The translations under genes and the position numbers were made by a program. The notes below the pieces were generated by a model. That model did not search any database. It worked only from the letters and a program-made list of their open reading frames with translations, and was not told the origin of the DNA. This document shows positions 1-12,454 of a DNA stretch of 64,000 nucleotides, piece by piece. Position 1 is the first letter of the stretch, and each line of letters opens with the position of its first letter. This DNA is from Ruditapes philippinarum (taxonomy: Eukaryota), in the NCBI RefSeq assembly GCF_026571515.1, contig NW_026865029.1:62001-126000 (forward strand). Direction: 5' to 3'.

Positions 1-249
1 AAAGAACAAATATTTGCGCTAGCATTCCCTTTTCAATGAATAAAGATTAAAATTATGTAATTTAAATTGTCTTGTTAAATGACCAATTGAAACTCAGCAA
101 ATTTGACGTCTGCGTCCCAGCACTGTTTGTCGTTTCTAAGCGACGTCTTTAGTTAACAACGTCATTAACAACGCTGCTTCGAAAGTTGCGGACGCTGCAT
201 AGAAAGCTATTCAAGAAAAAACAACAGTTGCATCATTGGCATCGTAGAT

Positions 250-3200
250 ATGTCCAGGTAAAAACCCACTTACTTTATACTATTTACACTTATATGTGAC
301 GATGAATTAACTTGAACCCGGGATGTGTATAAAATTTAGATGTAACTGCAGTATCTTTTTTTATTTATAATACGTTCATGATTGAAGGACTGAACTGTAT
401 TACAACATATTTGTTAACTGTCAATACTCGGAATTGAGCTAACGAAGAATACTGTACCCCTTCACTTTCACGCAACATTTCCACAATTTAAAGACTCCGA
501 ATAATATTGTGACATTGCGTTATTTAATGTATGGACACTATCTCCCATCTGCCGCATAATCTGCACATCTTTCAAATTCTATTTGAAAGACCCTGGTACA
601 TCTGATCATTTGAGGTACTTTTCCTACCTGTAGACTAGCTGAATATTTCAGTCTGCTGCATTTTTCTTCTACAAATAAATTTGTAACATCCGTATTAGTG
701 ATTATAAATGACCGGAATTAATGTTATTCGTATTTATTCCAATTAAAATAAACACTTAAAATTATCTGATTAGTGGATACAAAAAGAATTTCACCACAAC
801 ATTTTTGTTAACAAAAGAGCACATGTCAATGTTTGTGGGTAAATTTATGGTTATTCAAATGAAAGGTCAGAGTAAGGATCTACTATAGTATCAATTGCAT
901 CCGTAATGAGTATCTTTTTTCGCATCACAGTAAAAGACCTGTTTTATTTTTTAGGAGAATCACAACATAACAATCTAAAGTGTAATAATGTTTTTCTTTC
1001 TTATTTCAGACATAAAAATAGACGGGAGAAGAAACAATCCAATTTATTAGGTAAGTACCTTACACGCACCTTTTATATATGTCTTTTCTTAAATATGGTG
1101 ACTGATGTTTAGTACTTGCCTTTACATAAGTTTCTTTTGCGATGAACAGGACGTGAAGTGGCTTCACACTTGGTTAAGCTAGAGTATATATTTTTATTAT
1201 GAAATTAACAATGACAAAAGATGGCTAGAGAAGTCACTTCAATAACAAAACAAAATGTCTACGCTATGACATATAAGTGTACCATAAACATTTCATGTTC
1301 ATTATACTCATAAATTTAAAAATCATACATAATATAAGATACAATTCTAGGATATGTGATTTTTTTTCTGATAAGACAGTCGCAAATTTGTCAAGTTTGC
1401 TATCATATTGCTCGCTTGAAAGTGTGAACATATTTCTTGCGTCCTATCCCTTGTTATACAGTTGAGCTACCGCCAGTCATGAAATAGTTATTTTCATATC
1501 ACTCGATAAAAAAATCCTGTATTTATAGAAAAAACTTGAATTTTCTGTTTAATATATACATGTTTCTCTTTTTTGATATTACAATTTGAAAAACTTCATC
1601 TTACATTATGTGTATTGGCAGAATTTAGTAAAAAGTAGTCCGGTAAAACTATGTGTCATTGCAGCGAAAAGTGGAAATACGGAAAATGAAAATACGCATT
1701 TTATTTCAATATTTCATTTATAAGTACAGTATAAAGTAAAGTCGCCTTTTTATCACTTGTGATATAGAATGGATATTTTCATCCGGGTCATAAATACTTT
1801 TGGATATATACATGCATATTTTGCCATTTCCGTGTCTTGTATAAATGAGACACGTATCTGAACATGAACAACAGCCTATCTTGGAACTAGACTGGTACGA
1901 ATTTGACGGAGTTCGCCGGACTTGTACGAACACATATAAATTACTCTTGATTAATTGTTACCTGCACCACCTTAATTCATTATTTACTTAAAACATATAC
2001 ACTTGTAATATGATCTTCTCTACCAACAAGTACACATCGTAACTTACAAACACTTATTAACTCATAAAAATCTGCTTTTGTTATTCTTTAACAAGCACAC
2101 TTTTAACTTAGAAATATAATTATACGGTTCTAACTTACGAAAATAATAATGCACTGTTAACGTAAAGTATTCTGCACTCTTACCATATAAAATTATGAAA
2201 TCTGCGCTTATAAAAGTATGCACTTTAACTTCTAAAACTCTGTAATCTTAGGTTATAAAAATCTGTATTCTTAACTTATCTAATATTTCACTTACATTAA
2301 AATCTTATTAACACGCTCACTCTTAACTTCTAAAAATTTGGACTAGTTATACCCTGCATGAGCTTATAAAAGTATTTACTCATTTCTCTGTCTTATAAAA
2401 TATGCACCGAGCTTATAAAAATCTGCTTTCTTAAAGTACAAACATATACTTGCGTAATTTATAAATATATGCACTTTAAAGCTGCACGCCTCCAGATGAG
2501 CCAAAATATTTCAAGAAAATCAAACTTGAAAAAAATGTATTAAGACTTTAAGAAACAAAGTACAAGCAATAATCTATACGTGTTACGTGCGTTTAATGAC
2601 TGATTTTGCAGTATTTACCTTAAAATAATGCAGTAAAAGCTGTTGCTTCGTATTTTGACCTCTTTCTGGTAATTTATGTGGATTGTAAGTGCCGTTTGCG
2701 ATGTATAAATCACTTTCTTTGTTCCCTTACCTAATTATACTTTTATATACAGTTTCAAAATTTTTATGAAAATTAGCACGAATCTCGGGGCATGCTGCTT
2801 TAAACTTTTAACTTATAAATTAATCATATTTTATAATCATAAGCTATGGAAACAATTTCAAACAACAGCATAGTACATCAATACGTGAAATGCATACTTT
2901 TACTTGAAAAACAAGATTGGAAAAAAATATAATAAAACATAAATGGCAGAGGATATATCGAACAAGTGAAGGTTCAATACTAAATTTATTGAACGAGTTG
3001 AATAAAAACAAATCTTGCGAGTCATGAATCTACGCGATTATTAAAATATATTTATCACATACCTATAAAAGAACTGTTTACAGAGAAAATAATAATTTTT
3101 CGTTTTTGATGCGCCTATAGTGTTACGCTAACTTTTTGCGCGCTTCTCCGCGATATTTGTATGAGACATCAAAATATATGCACGGCCAGGCAATACCATT

Positions 3201-6200
3201 TTTACTGAATAAAAGCCGCACTGGCATGTAATAAACAGAGGATACTGAATGACTCAATTCATCAAAAAATCAAAGTTTCAGAATAAAATTATAAAATACT
3301 AGCCTCAATAAATATAGTATTGACTCTACACGAATATATAATATTCTATTTATAACACACCTATAAAAGAACTGTTTATAGTGAAAATAATCAATTTTCC
3401 TAAATTGTAACGCTAACGTTTTGCACGGGTTTACACTATGTTTGTATAACGCAAATGACATCACGTCAATATAATAATATGCAGGGACATGCAATACCAT
3501 TTTTGCTGAATAAAAGGGGCACGGTTATCTATACTGAATAAGTGTAGATATAACACTACATAGAGGATATTGAATGAGTGTAAGTTCAATACTGAATTTA
3601 TTGCACGAGTTGGCGAGCATAATATTATTTTATTCAACGAGTGCAATAAATTCAGTAATGAACTTACACGAATTTAATATTCTATTTATCACATAACCAA
3701 AAATAAAGACCGTTTAAAGTGAAATAAGAGTAATTTTACATTGACGCGCCTATAGTATAACGCTAACATTTAGCGCGTCTTTACACTATGTTTGTATAAC
3801 GCTTATGACGTCACGTCAAAATATATGCACGGCCGTGCAATACCATTTTTACGGAGTCGCAAAATCGGCACGGGTGTGTGATAAATGCATTTATTGAACG
3901 GGTTGAATAATTAAAATTATATTATGACAGTCTCTGGCTCATGAGTTCATTAAATATAGTATTGAATCTACACAAATCTACACGAATATATAGAGGATAT
4001 TGAATGAGTGTAAGTTCAATACTGAATTTATTGCACGAGTTGAATAAAATTATATTATGCGAGCCTCTGGCGAGCATAATATTATTTTATTCAACGAGTG
4101 CAATAAATTCAGTAATGAACTTACACGAATTTAATATTCTATTTATCACATAACCAAAATAAAGACCGTTTAAAGTGAAATAAGAGTCATTTTTCATCAT
4201 TGACGCGTCTATAGTATAACGCTAACATTTAGCTCGTCTTTACACTATGTTTACAGCTAAGAGAGTTATTTTTCTTTGATGCGTCTGTCATGGTAAAACA
4301 ATGTAAACTTAAACCTGTCAATGGTAACACAATTGTCAGGGGTAAAACAATGTAAACCTAAACCTGTATAGTGGCGCACTTTCATGTTGTTTTTTTGTGT
4401 GTATACATGTTGTATAATGCAAATGACAATACGTTATTGAAATGGTATTACACTAGTACGTGTAGATATCATTTTAAATTTTTTTTCACACTCCCGTGCC
4501 GTGCCTGATGTAATAAACCACACTATATTGATCAACCCTTTAAATTGCGTATGTTAAATTGAAAAATAATTTTGATTTTTTTTCAATTACGCAAAGATGG
4601 AGACTTACATTAAATTAATTAATTAATGTGCTTCAAAAATGTTTTAGTTTTAAACTTATTAATAGGTTTTAAGTTCCGAAGTGTGTCATATAACACACGA
4701 ATTAAAACAGCTAAATAATGTTAACTAGCAGAGTTAGGTAAATGTATATGCATAAACACTAAAACAGTTAAAAAAATTATCTAGTGGTATCAATAAGCAA
4801 TAGATCTACTATAATAGAGCACACTTCAAATATTTTGTCTGTTATTTACACTAGTTTTTAAAGTTATTTCGCGTAAACAAAGATGAAAACACACGTATAT
4901 TGAAATTTGAAAATGATGTACTTTAAATGATTAAAATACTTATTTTCCAAAATTTATACCCTATTAACCAGAAATGAAACCTGACAGACTGTCATACTGT
5001 TTCAGTTTTAATGACGGAAAAATACAAGCACATATATAATTATCTACAGGCGACAAAACAATTTTTTATTTTCTCTTTTTTTACATATACATACGCATAC
5101 AATTTGCCACGAACTGGCATTTTGCATTATGTAGTTTCCCTTTTTGTTACCTAGTGGTCAAGAGCCTAACTTTTTCTTCTTTATTACCTTGTGGCATGTT
5201 CCCTTTGTGCCTCCGTAAATTTACGCATTTTATAGATACCTTAACATTCTTTTTGTGAGAAATTCTTTTAGATCGTTTCTGTCTTTGCAGATGACGAAGT
5301 ACCGCAGTTACCAAAACTACCCAAACTTCCAAAGTTAAGGACATACACAACTAATTGTGGCAAATTGGATGCACGTAAAGTGATCACAGGTGAGAATGTT
5401 TTTGAAAAAAAAAAACCCATATGAATGGAATGCTTATCTCTTATGTATACGAATTTAAAGTACTTATACATTTATTGTACTGGAATGTTACCTTTAAAAT
5501 TTGGATAAACGGCATGCATACATTTGCCAAAAAAGAATTGAAAAAGAAAAACACTTCAAAATGCATATACAAATACCACTTGTGCAATATAAAGTAGAGC
5601 AATTCAGAAATAAATTGTGTGTTGGAAAGATCGTAGTGTCAAATATTGAATTCTTACCACCCCTTTTTTCCTTTGGTGTCCTATTTACCTTGAAATTGAC
5701 AGATTTTGTATGTTATACAAGTAATTTTCTCTATATACAGCTGTGCCAGTTATTTAAAAATTATTTACCAAATTTTATTAGAGACAGAAATATTTCTAAT
5801 ACGAGTAGAGATCTAATATTTTTTTTATTAAAAGGTATCATTTATCTTTCAGAAGCTGAACTTGCTTCAAAGAAAAGAAACGATGAACCTTTAAATTTTT
5901 GTCAAGAGCGACAAAGAATTGCTGAAAAGGTTATACAAAAATGTGGTTATGATAATATTACAGTGAATGCAAGACAAGTTCCGTATTGGAACCAAAGATG
6001 TATTCACCCCATTGATAGCGATGGAGTTGAAATCTCCGATGAATTTAGAAATTCAAGTTATCAAGTAAGAGAAATGCCTCTTCAAAGAAGTGCTGAGAGA
6101 GAAATAGAGCTAGATAAGAAGCGACAAGCTATGTTGGAGACAAAAGATCGACAGGTTAAGTCTTTGAGAAAATATAAGAAGATTAAATTCGAAGAAAACC

Positions 6201-6724
6201 AGGGGTCTAGAGTAGCATCTGAAACAGATCAAGAAGAAAAGAACAAGAAAAGACACACGAAAAAGTTAAACAAGTCCAGGGAGGAAAACAGATTTGTTTC
6301 ATACGAAATGTCTGAGGACCCCGCTTGGCAACGCCACATGGCAACGTCACATGGTAACGCCGCATGGCAACGTCATATGGCAGTACACGACAACTACACA
6401 CAACTGCCTCAATCTAAGTATCATATTCTTCCCCCTATTAAAGAACATCAGCAGGTGCAAAAACAAACTGAAGTTATTCAAGTCAATGTTGTAGACGACC
6501 GGTCTGATAGCAACTGCAGTGACATTGAATTAGACAAAGGTTATACGTCTGGACACGCTGAAATTGTACGCAAAGACAAGAAATTGCAACAAGAACTAAA
6601 GTTAGACTTGAGTTTTACAAAAACTCCCGAACCAAGGAGAAAAGCAAACAAAATATCAAAACAAAGTAAAAGTCAAGATAACATGACAACAAGGAGATTA
6701 TATAACACGAGTGAAAGATTATAA
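250..6724 (+). CDS. Spliced uncharacterised protein, 339 aa; exons 250-257, 1010-1050, 5291-5389, 5853-6724
   Basis: ATGTCCAG|gtaaaa, tttcag|A..G|gtaagt, tttgcag|AT..G|gtgaga, ctttcag|AA. All three introns are GT-AG with compatible phases. Joined CDS is 1020 nt with no internal stop: MSRHKNRREKKQSNLLDDEVPQLPKLPKLPKLRTYTTNCGKLDARKVITEAELASKKRNDEP...TSERL*. Charged and low-complexity; no domain recognised. Confidence 0.75.
1980..2475. repeat. Degenerate ~23-bp AT-rich minisatellite in intron 2
   Basis: Repeated variants of cttaacttataaaaatctgcact; the array resumes after the element at 2480-2799. Confidence 0.55.
2480..2799. mobile_element. Kolobok-like non-autonomous DNA transposon (MITE)
   Basis: TTAA at 2476-2479 and 2800-2803; ends AG...CT; imperfect TIR agctgcacgcctccagat / atctcggggcatgctgct. 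Confidence 0.7.
2948..4255. mobile_element. Tandem array of 4-5 copies of a ~300-330 bp hairpin-containing non-autonomous element (Crypton-like)
   Basis: Units start (t)agaggatat at ~2948, ~3237, 3561 and 3991. The 3991 copy has a long internal palindrome (gtgtaagttcaatactgaatttattgcacgagttgaataaaat ... attttattcaacgagtgcaataaattcagtaatgaacttacac). Superfamily assignment is tentative. Confidence 0.6.
6325..6382 (+). repeat. 13-bp tandem repeat (4.5 units) inside coding exon
   Basis: ttggcaacgccac atggcaacgtcac atggtaacgccgc atggcaacgtcat atggca; encodes WQRHMATSHGNAAWQRHMA. Confidence 0.85.
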
Positions 6725-7482
6725 AATTATTAGATAACCACAATGATTCCACATGATACTTTTTGAAAGATTTGAATTGAACAACAGTTTGAAGTTTTAT
6801 TTTATTGCAAACATATTGACAATTATTTTATGTCTATAATGTTTCCGTACATTTTCAAAAGAATGGGAACTATATTAATGCTATATGGAAAGACCAACAA
6901 ATATTATTAGAGTTGATGATCTGAAAAAATTAGACAGGGCCTTAACTACAATTATAAAGCCAGAAAAATACAGACTCACAAATTCAGTATCATGATATAA
7001 TTTATTGATATGGACAGTTTATAACATATTGAAATGTGTAGACAACAATCAGAAGTCAAAGTCAAAGTACAGAAACTTATAATGGCGTACTTTGCAGGAA
7101 TGATAAGAATTCATGATGCAAATATACTGCTGGAACCATGAAATACCCTCGATCTAAAGAAATTGTAAGAATTCAAAATCAGGATGAAAGTCAGGAATGG
7201 TAATTGCAACTTTACCACGATACAAAGTTCATGCAGGAAGTGTTTAATGTATATTAGGGACAGATATTGCAATGCTTTTGAAATATCCACGAGAGACAGT
7301 GCTAGCATTGTAAAAAAATACCTCGCAGGAATTGTAAACAATCCACAGGACAAAGATCGTATTGAAATTGTTAAATGTCATAAATGATATATAGATAATT
7401 TGATGCTCATATTTAAAGATTGTTATTTGAAATTAAAAAGAATGTGTATAAATTTCCTTTGCTTTTTTTATTTCCACTAGTC

Positions 7483-7696
7483 TTCTATGAAACTACCTCT
7501 TATAATATTATAGCAATTTGTATCATAAAACATATAATTCTTGATATGCAAGTCCACATATGATCTGAAATAAATATCAAATCTAAGCTTTCTATGAAAT
7601 TACCTCTTATAATATTATAGCAATTTGTATCATAAAACATATAATTCCTGATATGCAAGTCCACATATGATCTGAAATAAATATCAAATCTAAGCT
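7483..7696. repeat. Tandem duplication, 2 x 107 bp
   Basis: ttctatgaaa...atctaagct at 7483-7589 and 7590-7696, about 2 mismatches. Confidence 0.9.
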
Positions 7697-7798
7697 GATT
7701 TTGGATATTTACTAAACAGGCATATAAAACTTAAATAGTATAAAAAAGCTACTTTTTTCAACACCATCAAGGTCAAACATCAATAATCTAGAATAATT

Positions 7799-9182
7799 TA
7801 TGGAAAGCCTTGACTGTCTTATAATTATAAACCTGAACATTGTTATGTCCAAATAGCAATATATTGAGTCAACCTTTCCTTATACAAGGTGCACTCTCAA
7901 TATATTATGTGGATCCATCTTTATATGTAGTCAACTGAACAATACATGTATATGATGTCAATGTGTCTTTATATGATGTCATTATATCATTATGTGATGT
8001 GCATTTTTGAATATATTATGTGGAACCATCCTTATATAAAGTCAAAATAACAATATATTATGTCAGTCTGTCCTTATATGATGTCAGTCTGTCATTATAT
8101 GATGTGAAGTTATGAATATATTATGTGGAATAATAATTATATAGAGTCAACTCAATATGATGTCAATGTCTCCTTATATTATGTCAATCTATTAATATAC
8201 GCTGTGCATTTTTCAGTATATTATGTACAATCTTCTTTATATAGAGTCAACTTAACAATATATGATGTAAATGTGTCCTTATATGATGTAAATCTTTCAT
8301 TATACGATGTGCATTAATGAATATATTGTGTGGAACCATCTTTATATAGAGTCAAAATAACATTATGTTATGTAGAACCGTCTTTATATAGAGTCAACTT
8401 AACAATATATGATGTCAAGACGTCCATTTATGATGCCAATCTTTCATTGTACGATGTGCATTAATGAATATATTATGTGAAACCATCTTTATGTACAGTC
8501 AACTTAACATTATATGATGTCAACACGTCCTTATATGATGTCAATCTTTCATTATACGATGTGCATTAATGAATATATTATGTGAAACCATCTTTATATA
8601 GAGTCAACTTAACATTATATGATGTGTATGTGTCCTTATATGATGTCAGTCTTTCATTATATGATGTGCAATTACGAATATATTATGTGGAACCATTCTT
8701 ATATAGAGTCAAAACAACACTTTATTATGTAGAATTGTCTTTATATAGAGTCAGCTTAACAATATATGATACAATTTACTTTGAGTTTTCCCGCTGTCGC
8801 CACGAACGGTGCATAGTGAGATATAACCCGGTAAATTTAACCCCATCAGTATAATGACAGAAGCACACGATATAATGATGTTTGCACTTCATATAAAGCA
8901 GCGGTCGTATAACAATAGATGCACATCGTATAATGAAAGATTGACATAATATATTGATAAGTTGACTGTATATAATGATTCTACCACATCATATATTCAT
9001 AAATGCACATCGTATAATGATTGGTCGACATCATATAAAGACACATTGACATCATATATTGTTGAGTTGACTTCATATAAGGGTGCATCTACATAATATA
9101 TTCATGAGTGCACATCGTATAAAGAAAGAGTGACACAACAACGTTAATTTTCACAATTATAAGACAGTCATGGCTTTCCATA
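7799..9182. mobile_element. IS3EU-like non-autonomous foldback element with internal 21-bp satellite arms
   Basis: 28-bp TIR tatggaaagccWtgactgtcttataatt; 6-bp TSD ATAATT at 7793-7798 and 9183-9188; TAY...RTA ends. 21-bp repeats run forward at ~7850-8770 and inverted at ~8850-9135. Confidence 0.8.
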
Positions 9183-9979
9183 ATAATTCGTCACACAGTA
9201 TATCTACAGAAATAAATCTGTAAAATAAACGTTAACGACTTTTTAACGGCGTTTCCAACACCAACCCGCAACTAGATTGTATGTAATGTTCATTTCTTGT
9301 AAACATTTTTTTTTCATTATATTTTGTAAATATCTGCTGTTTGTTTGTTTGAGAAACTAGTTTTACGATGTGTTAATGGTCGGCGTAAAAACCAGAAAAA
9401 CAAACTAACATGTTGTTGTCTTGAAATCTTTAATAGTCCGCTAGCTTGACACAATATTCCAAAAGTCAAAGAGACAATGAAACACTACATTAATGCAGAA
9501 AAAAAGCTTGATAAAGCTTTTGAATTACTTCTTTACATGTTTATACGTTCATGGTCCCCATATAACAGTGCATTTTTGAATATTCTTTTACATTGTGTGT
9601 AATTTTGATTTTGGATTAAAAGAAGAGCCAATAACAGGAAAAAGGAATTAATTGAGATATTGTGAAAAAACAACAACAAAAACAAACAAACAAACAAAGA
9701 AACAAACAACAACAATATATAAAAACAGTAACACCGTTTTGAAATATTTTTTTCCCATATGCAGTCTTACTTTATTAACGATCCATCGGTACGATGGACA
9801 TATGACATATCCGTTTTTTATTTATCTCGTGTCTAAAAAATTTACGAGATGTAACCTCATTATCACGTGGCCACAAAAATAACACAACCCCCCCAGAAAA
9901 ACAACAACAAAAAAAAAAACACCCCCCCCCCCAAAAAAAAAAAAAACATGCCACCGTACTTTGAAGGGTCTCATTTCAA

Positions 9980-11389
9980 TTATAATATCTTCACGTTAAA
10001 GTAGTTTCTGTGACACTCGACACATTTGGTCAATTCTGTGCTCTTTCTAACAAATGGTAAAAGTTTCGGTAATGTTGATACAAAAGCCTCTGCGCCAGTT
10101 GATCTACTGTTTACTATCCTCAAACTTTTATCATCTACTTCTGCCGTTTCTCTACAGCTGATATTGTCAATTGACTCTAACATCATTTCTATTTCCTGCA
10201 AAAACTGTTCGCATGGAAACTTGTAAATTTTGCCTCTTAGAATATTATGCTTTCCAAAAAAGATGCTCGGGATATTTAGGGAAAATCTGTCTCCTGGCAT
10301 GAAAACTCTTGCCAATCTGCTTGGTTCAATTTTTTCTTCTTCCGCTTTTCGGTTAAACAGATAGTGTAAACATGAGGCTACTAACGTTTTGAAACAAACT
10401 GCTAGATTCTCTTCCTCTTCACAATGACAGCTATGCTTAAGGACGAGTGTCTTCAATGCATATGAAGGGAGGAATGTAAAGCCATTACCACCATTGAAAA
10501 TATATTTCAAAAGTTTGTAGCAATCTTTATGGTGCTGTCCCATACTCCGCACCAATTCAACTTCAGTTTCGGTAAATACCAAACACATGCATTGCTTTGC
10601 ATCACAAGACGCCTTTTCGCGACAAGAAATCAGCATGACTTTTCCATTCTCCTTCACCTTCCTGAAGAAAAGCGGATCATATGTATCTTTTTCGGAAATG
10701 ATGTCAGGCGTAAGTTCTACCTCTATTGCAGGTGTTATGTCAACTCCTATCGTAATTATCTCACCACTGCGATTGGATTTCCAACGAAATTTAGGAGTAA
10801 ACGCTGGACCGTGTTTTTTGACATGGAAGTTAAAAAACGAATCTGTTTCGATTTCCCCAATATCAGTTTTACATGCGAGTTTATCATTTTGCATGAAGTT
10901 ACACACTTCCTCTCTAAATGCGTTTCCTAAGGTATCAAAATAACCACTTAACCAGTCAGAATGACCTCTCGTAAAATTGCTCTTTAGATATTCACCATCC
11001 ATCCACTTTGCCCAAATGGTTTTCAAACCCGGATCTATGATTTTAACATGAGCATATCCTCTGTTTTTCTCACATGCTCTCTCGACTTGCACACCATTTG
11101 CTTCTATTTTTAGAATAGCTAGGTAATCAAATTCATTCGGGTGACCTACACTTGTTTCTTCAGCCATACTTCCTACTCTGACGACACGTGAAAACTGGAG
11201 CCATCCCACCTTTGACGAAATAGTAGCCACCAAAGTTTCAACTACAAAGTCGACACTGCAAATTATGTCACACATTTCTTTCTTTGTTAAACGAAAATTA
11301 ATTCGTCTTTTGAGTAGATTATGGAAATATTCCGTCAGTTTGAAGTTCTTTTCATTTTCAGAATTTTTGTCGGGCTTTTTGTCTGCCAT
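9980..11389 (-). CDS. cGAS-like receptor (cGLR) / Mab21-family nucleotidyltransferase, subtype A copy 1, 469 aa
   Basis: NTase signature VGSMAEETSVGHPNEFDYL, HGPA, third acidic residue in IGVDITPAI, Mab21 C-lobe motifs HKDCYKLLKY and LPSYALKTLV. Uninterrupted ORF; splice acceptor tttctgacag 37 nt upstream of ATG. Confidence 0.92.
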   Translation of the reverse strand: MADKKPDKNSENEKNFKLTEYFHNLLKRRINFRLTKKEMCDIICSVDFVVETLVATISSKVGWLQFSRVVRVGSMAEETSVGHPNEFDYLAILKIEANGVQVERACEKNRGYAHVKIIDPGLKTIWAKWMDGEYLKSNFTRGHSDWLSGYFDTLGNAFREEVCNFMQNDKLACKTDIGEIETDSFFNFHVKKHGPAFTPKFRWKSNRSGEIITIGVDITPAIEVELTPDIISEKDTYDPLFFRKVKENGKVMLISCREKASCDAKQCMCLVFTETEVELVRSMGQHHKDCYKLLKYIFNGGNGFTFLPSYALKTLVLKHSCHCEEEENLAVCFKTLVASCLHYLFNRKAEEEKIEPSRLARVFMPGDRFSLNIPSIFFGKHNILRGKIYKFPCEQFLQEIEMMLESIDNISCRETAEVDDKSLRIVNSRSTGAEAFVSTLPKLLPFVRKSTELTKCVECHRNYFNVKIL

Positions 11390-12218
11390 CTTGTTATGTT
11401 GTTGCTTTTTGTGAAAGAGTTAATATCTGTCAGAAATAATATTCTTATTATACTTTTAAACAGTAAATTTGAATAACGCAAAGAAATTAATGCTCATTAA
11501 AAGAGTCAAAATTATAAATTGTATCATAAATTCTTGTTTACATTGAACGTCTCTCTTCGCCATAATATCTTTATTTAGTAATAATCCTGATAAAATATAT
11601 ATATTTGTAAACTCCGAGGACAGACATCTTGAGACCTAACTTATAAAGAACAACTGTTGCAACATTATAATTGCATATCAATTAAATGTAATTATATATA
11701 CAAATGTACATGTACAAACCAACATACTGAACCATCAAAATGATAAGAACAACTTACAGAAAATTATCACAATGACTTATTCTAGTTAACAAAATAGGAT
11801 CGAAAATAACGAATGATAACAACACTGATTTTACCTTTATTCTGTTAAAATCTCAATGTAAGTGACAGAGAAATGACAATAACTGACAAAACCAATGAGG
11901 ACATAAATATGTTTACAACAATTGCATCGACACGGCCAGCTTGTTTTTGATGTCAAAAGTACTTTAAGATGAACTGTACTTATACAAATAGTTCGTTCAA
12001 CTTTGTTGAACTTTATGATTTTGACAATTAAACTGCTTGATTAATTACTAACTTGTTTACGTTTTACGCTTTGTGACATACTTAATTAGGTTATCTAAAT
12101 TCATTGAAAACTCAATTATTAATGTATACATATAAACAAAACAAACACTTTTGTACACCTTAACATTTTATAATAACAAACAATAGATTTTAAACATTCA
12201 AATGACGAGTAATAATTT

Positions 12219-12454
12219 GAGCCGCGTCACGACAAAATCAACATAATGCGTTTACGGCCAGCATCCGCGCAGTCTGATCAGGATCCATGCTGTTCGCTTA
12301 CAGTCTGATCAGGATCCATGCTGTTCGCTTACAATCAAGTTGAGAAACTGATAGCGAACAACATGGATCCTGATCAGACTGTGCGGATGCGCAGGCTGGT
12401 CTGGATCCAAGCTGGTCGCAAACGCATTACGTTGGTTTTGTCATGGCGCGGCTC
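12219..12454. mobile_element. Sola2-like palindromic MITE
   Basis: GAGCCGCG...CGCGGCTC ends, 4-bp TSD ATTT (12215-12218, 12455-12458), near-complete foldback, internal 30-bp tandem duplication (cagtctgatcaggatccatgctgttcgctta). Confidence 0.8.

Noticed and set aside
5501-5852. N-terminal 117 codons of the 407-aa ORF
   Set aside because: Non-ATG start, intron-like composition, and a phase-compatible acceptor at 5851-5852 indicate this part is intron.
6900-7390. Coding-like stretch downstream of the first gene
   Set aside because: Interrupted by stops, with no recognisable domain or consistent splice model; cannot be supported.
7850-9135. Regular 21-22 bp arrays (also 16135-16430, 18288-18620) as CRISPR-like arrays
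   Set aside because: Contiguous tandem monomers with no unique spacers, no cas genes, eukaryotic context, and enclosed by transposon ends.
9888-9946. Poly-C/poly-A tracts just downstream of two cGLR genes (also 24918-24956)
   Set aside because: Simple low-complexity tracts, absent after the other paralogues; similar A-rich and G-rich tracts occur elsewhere (20805-20865, 39050-39067).
10026-10943. Antisense ORFs overlapping the cGLRs and the many 60-140 aa ORFs across the window
   Set aside because: Shadow frames of real genes or chance ORFs in repeats and AT-rich DNA; no recognisable motifs.
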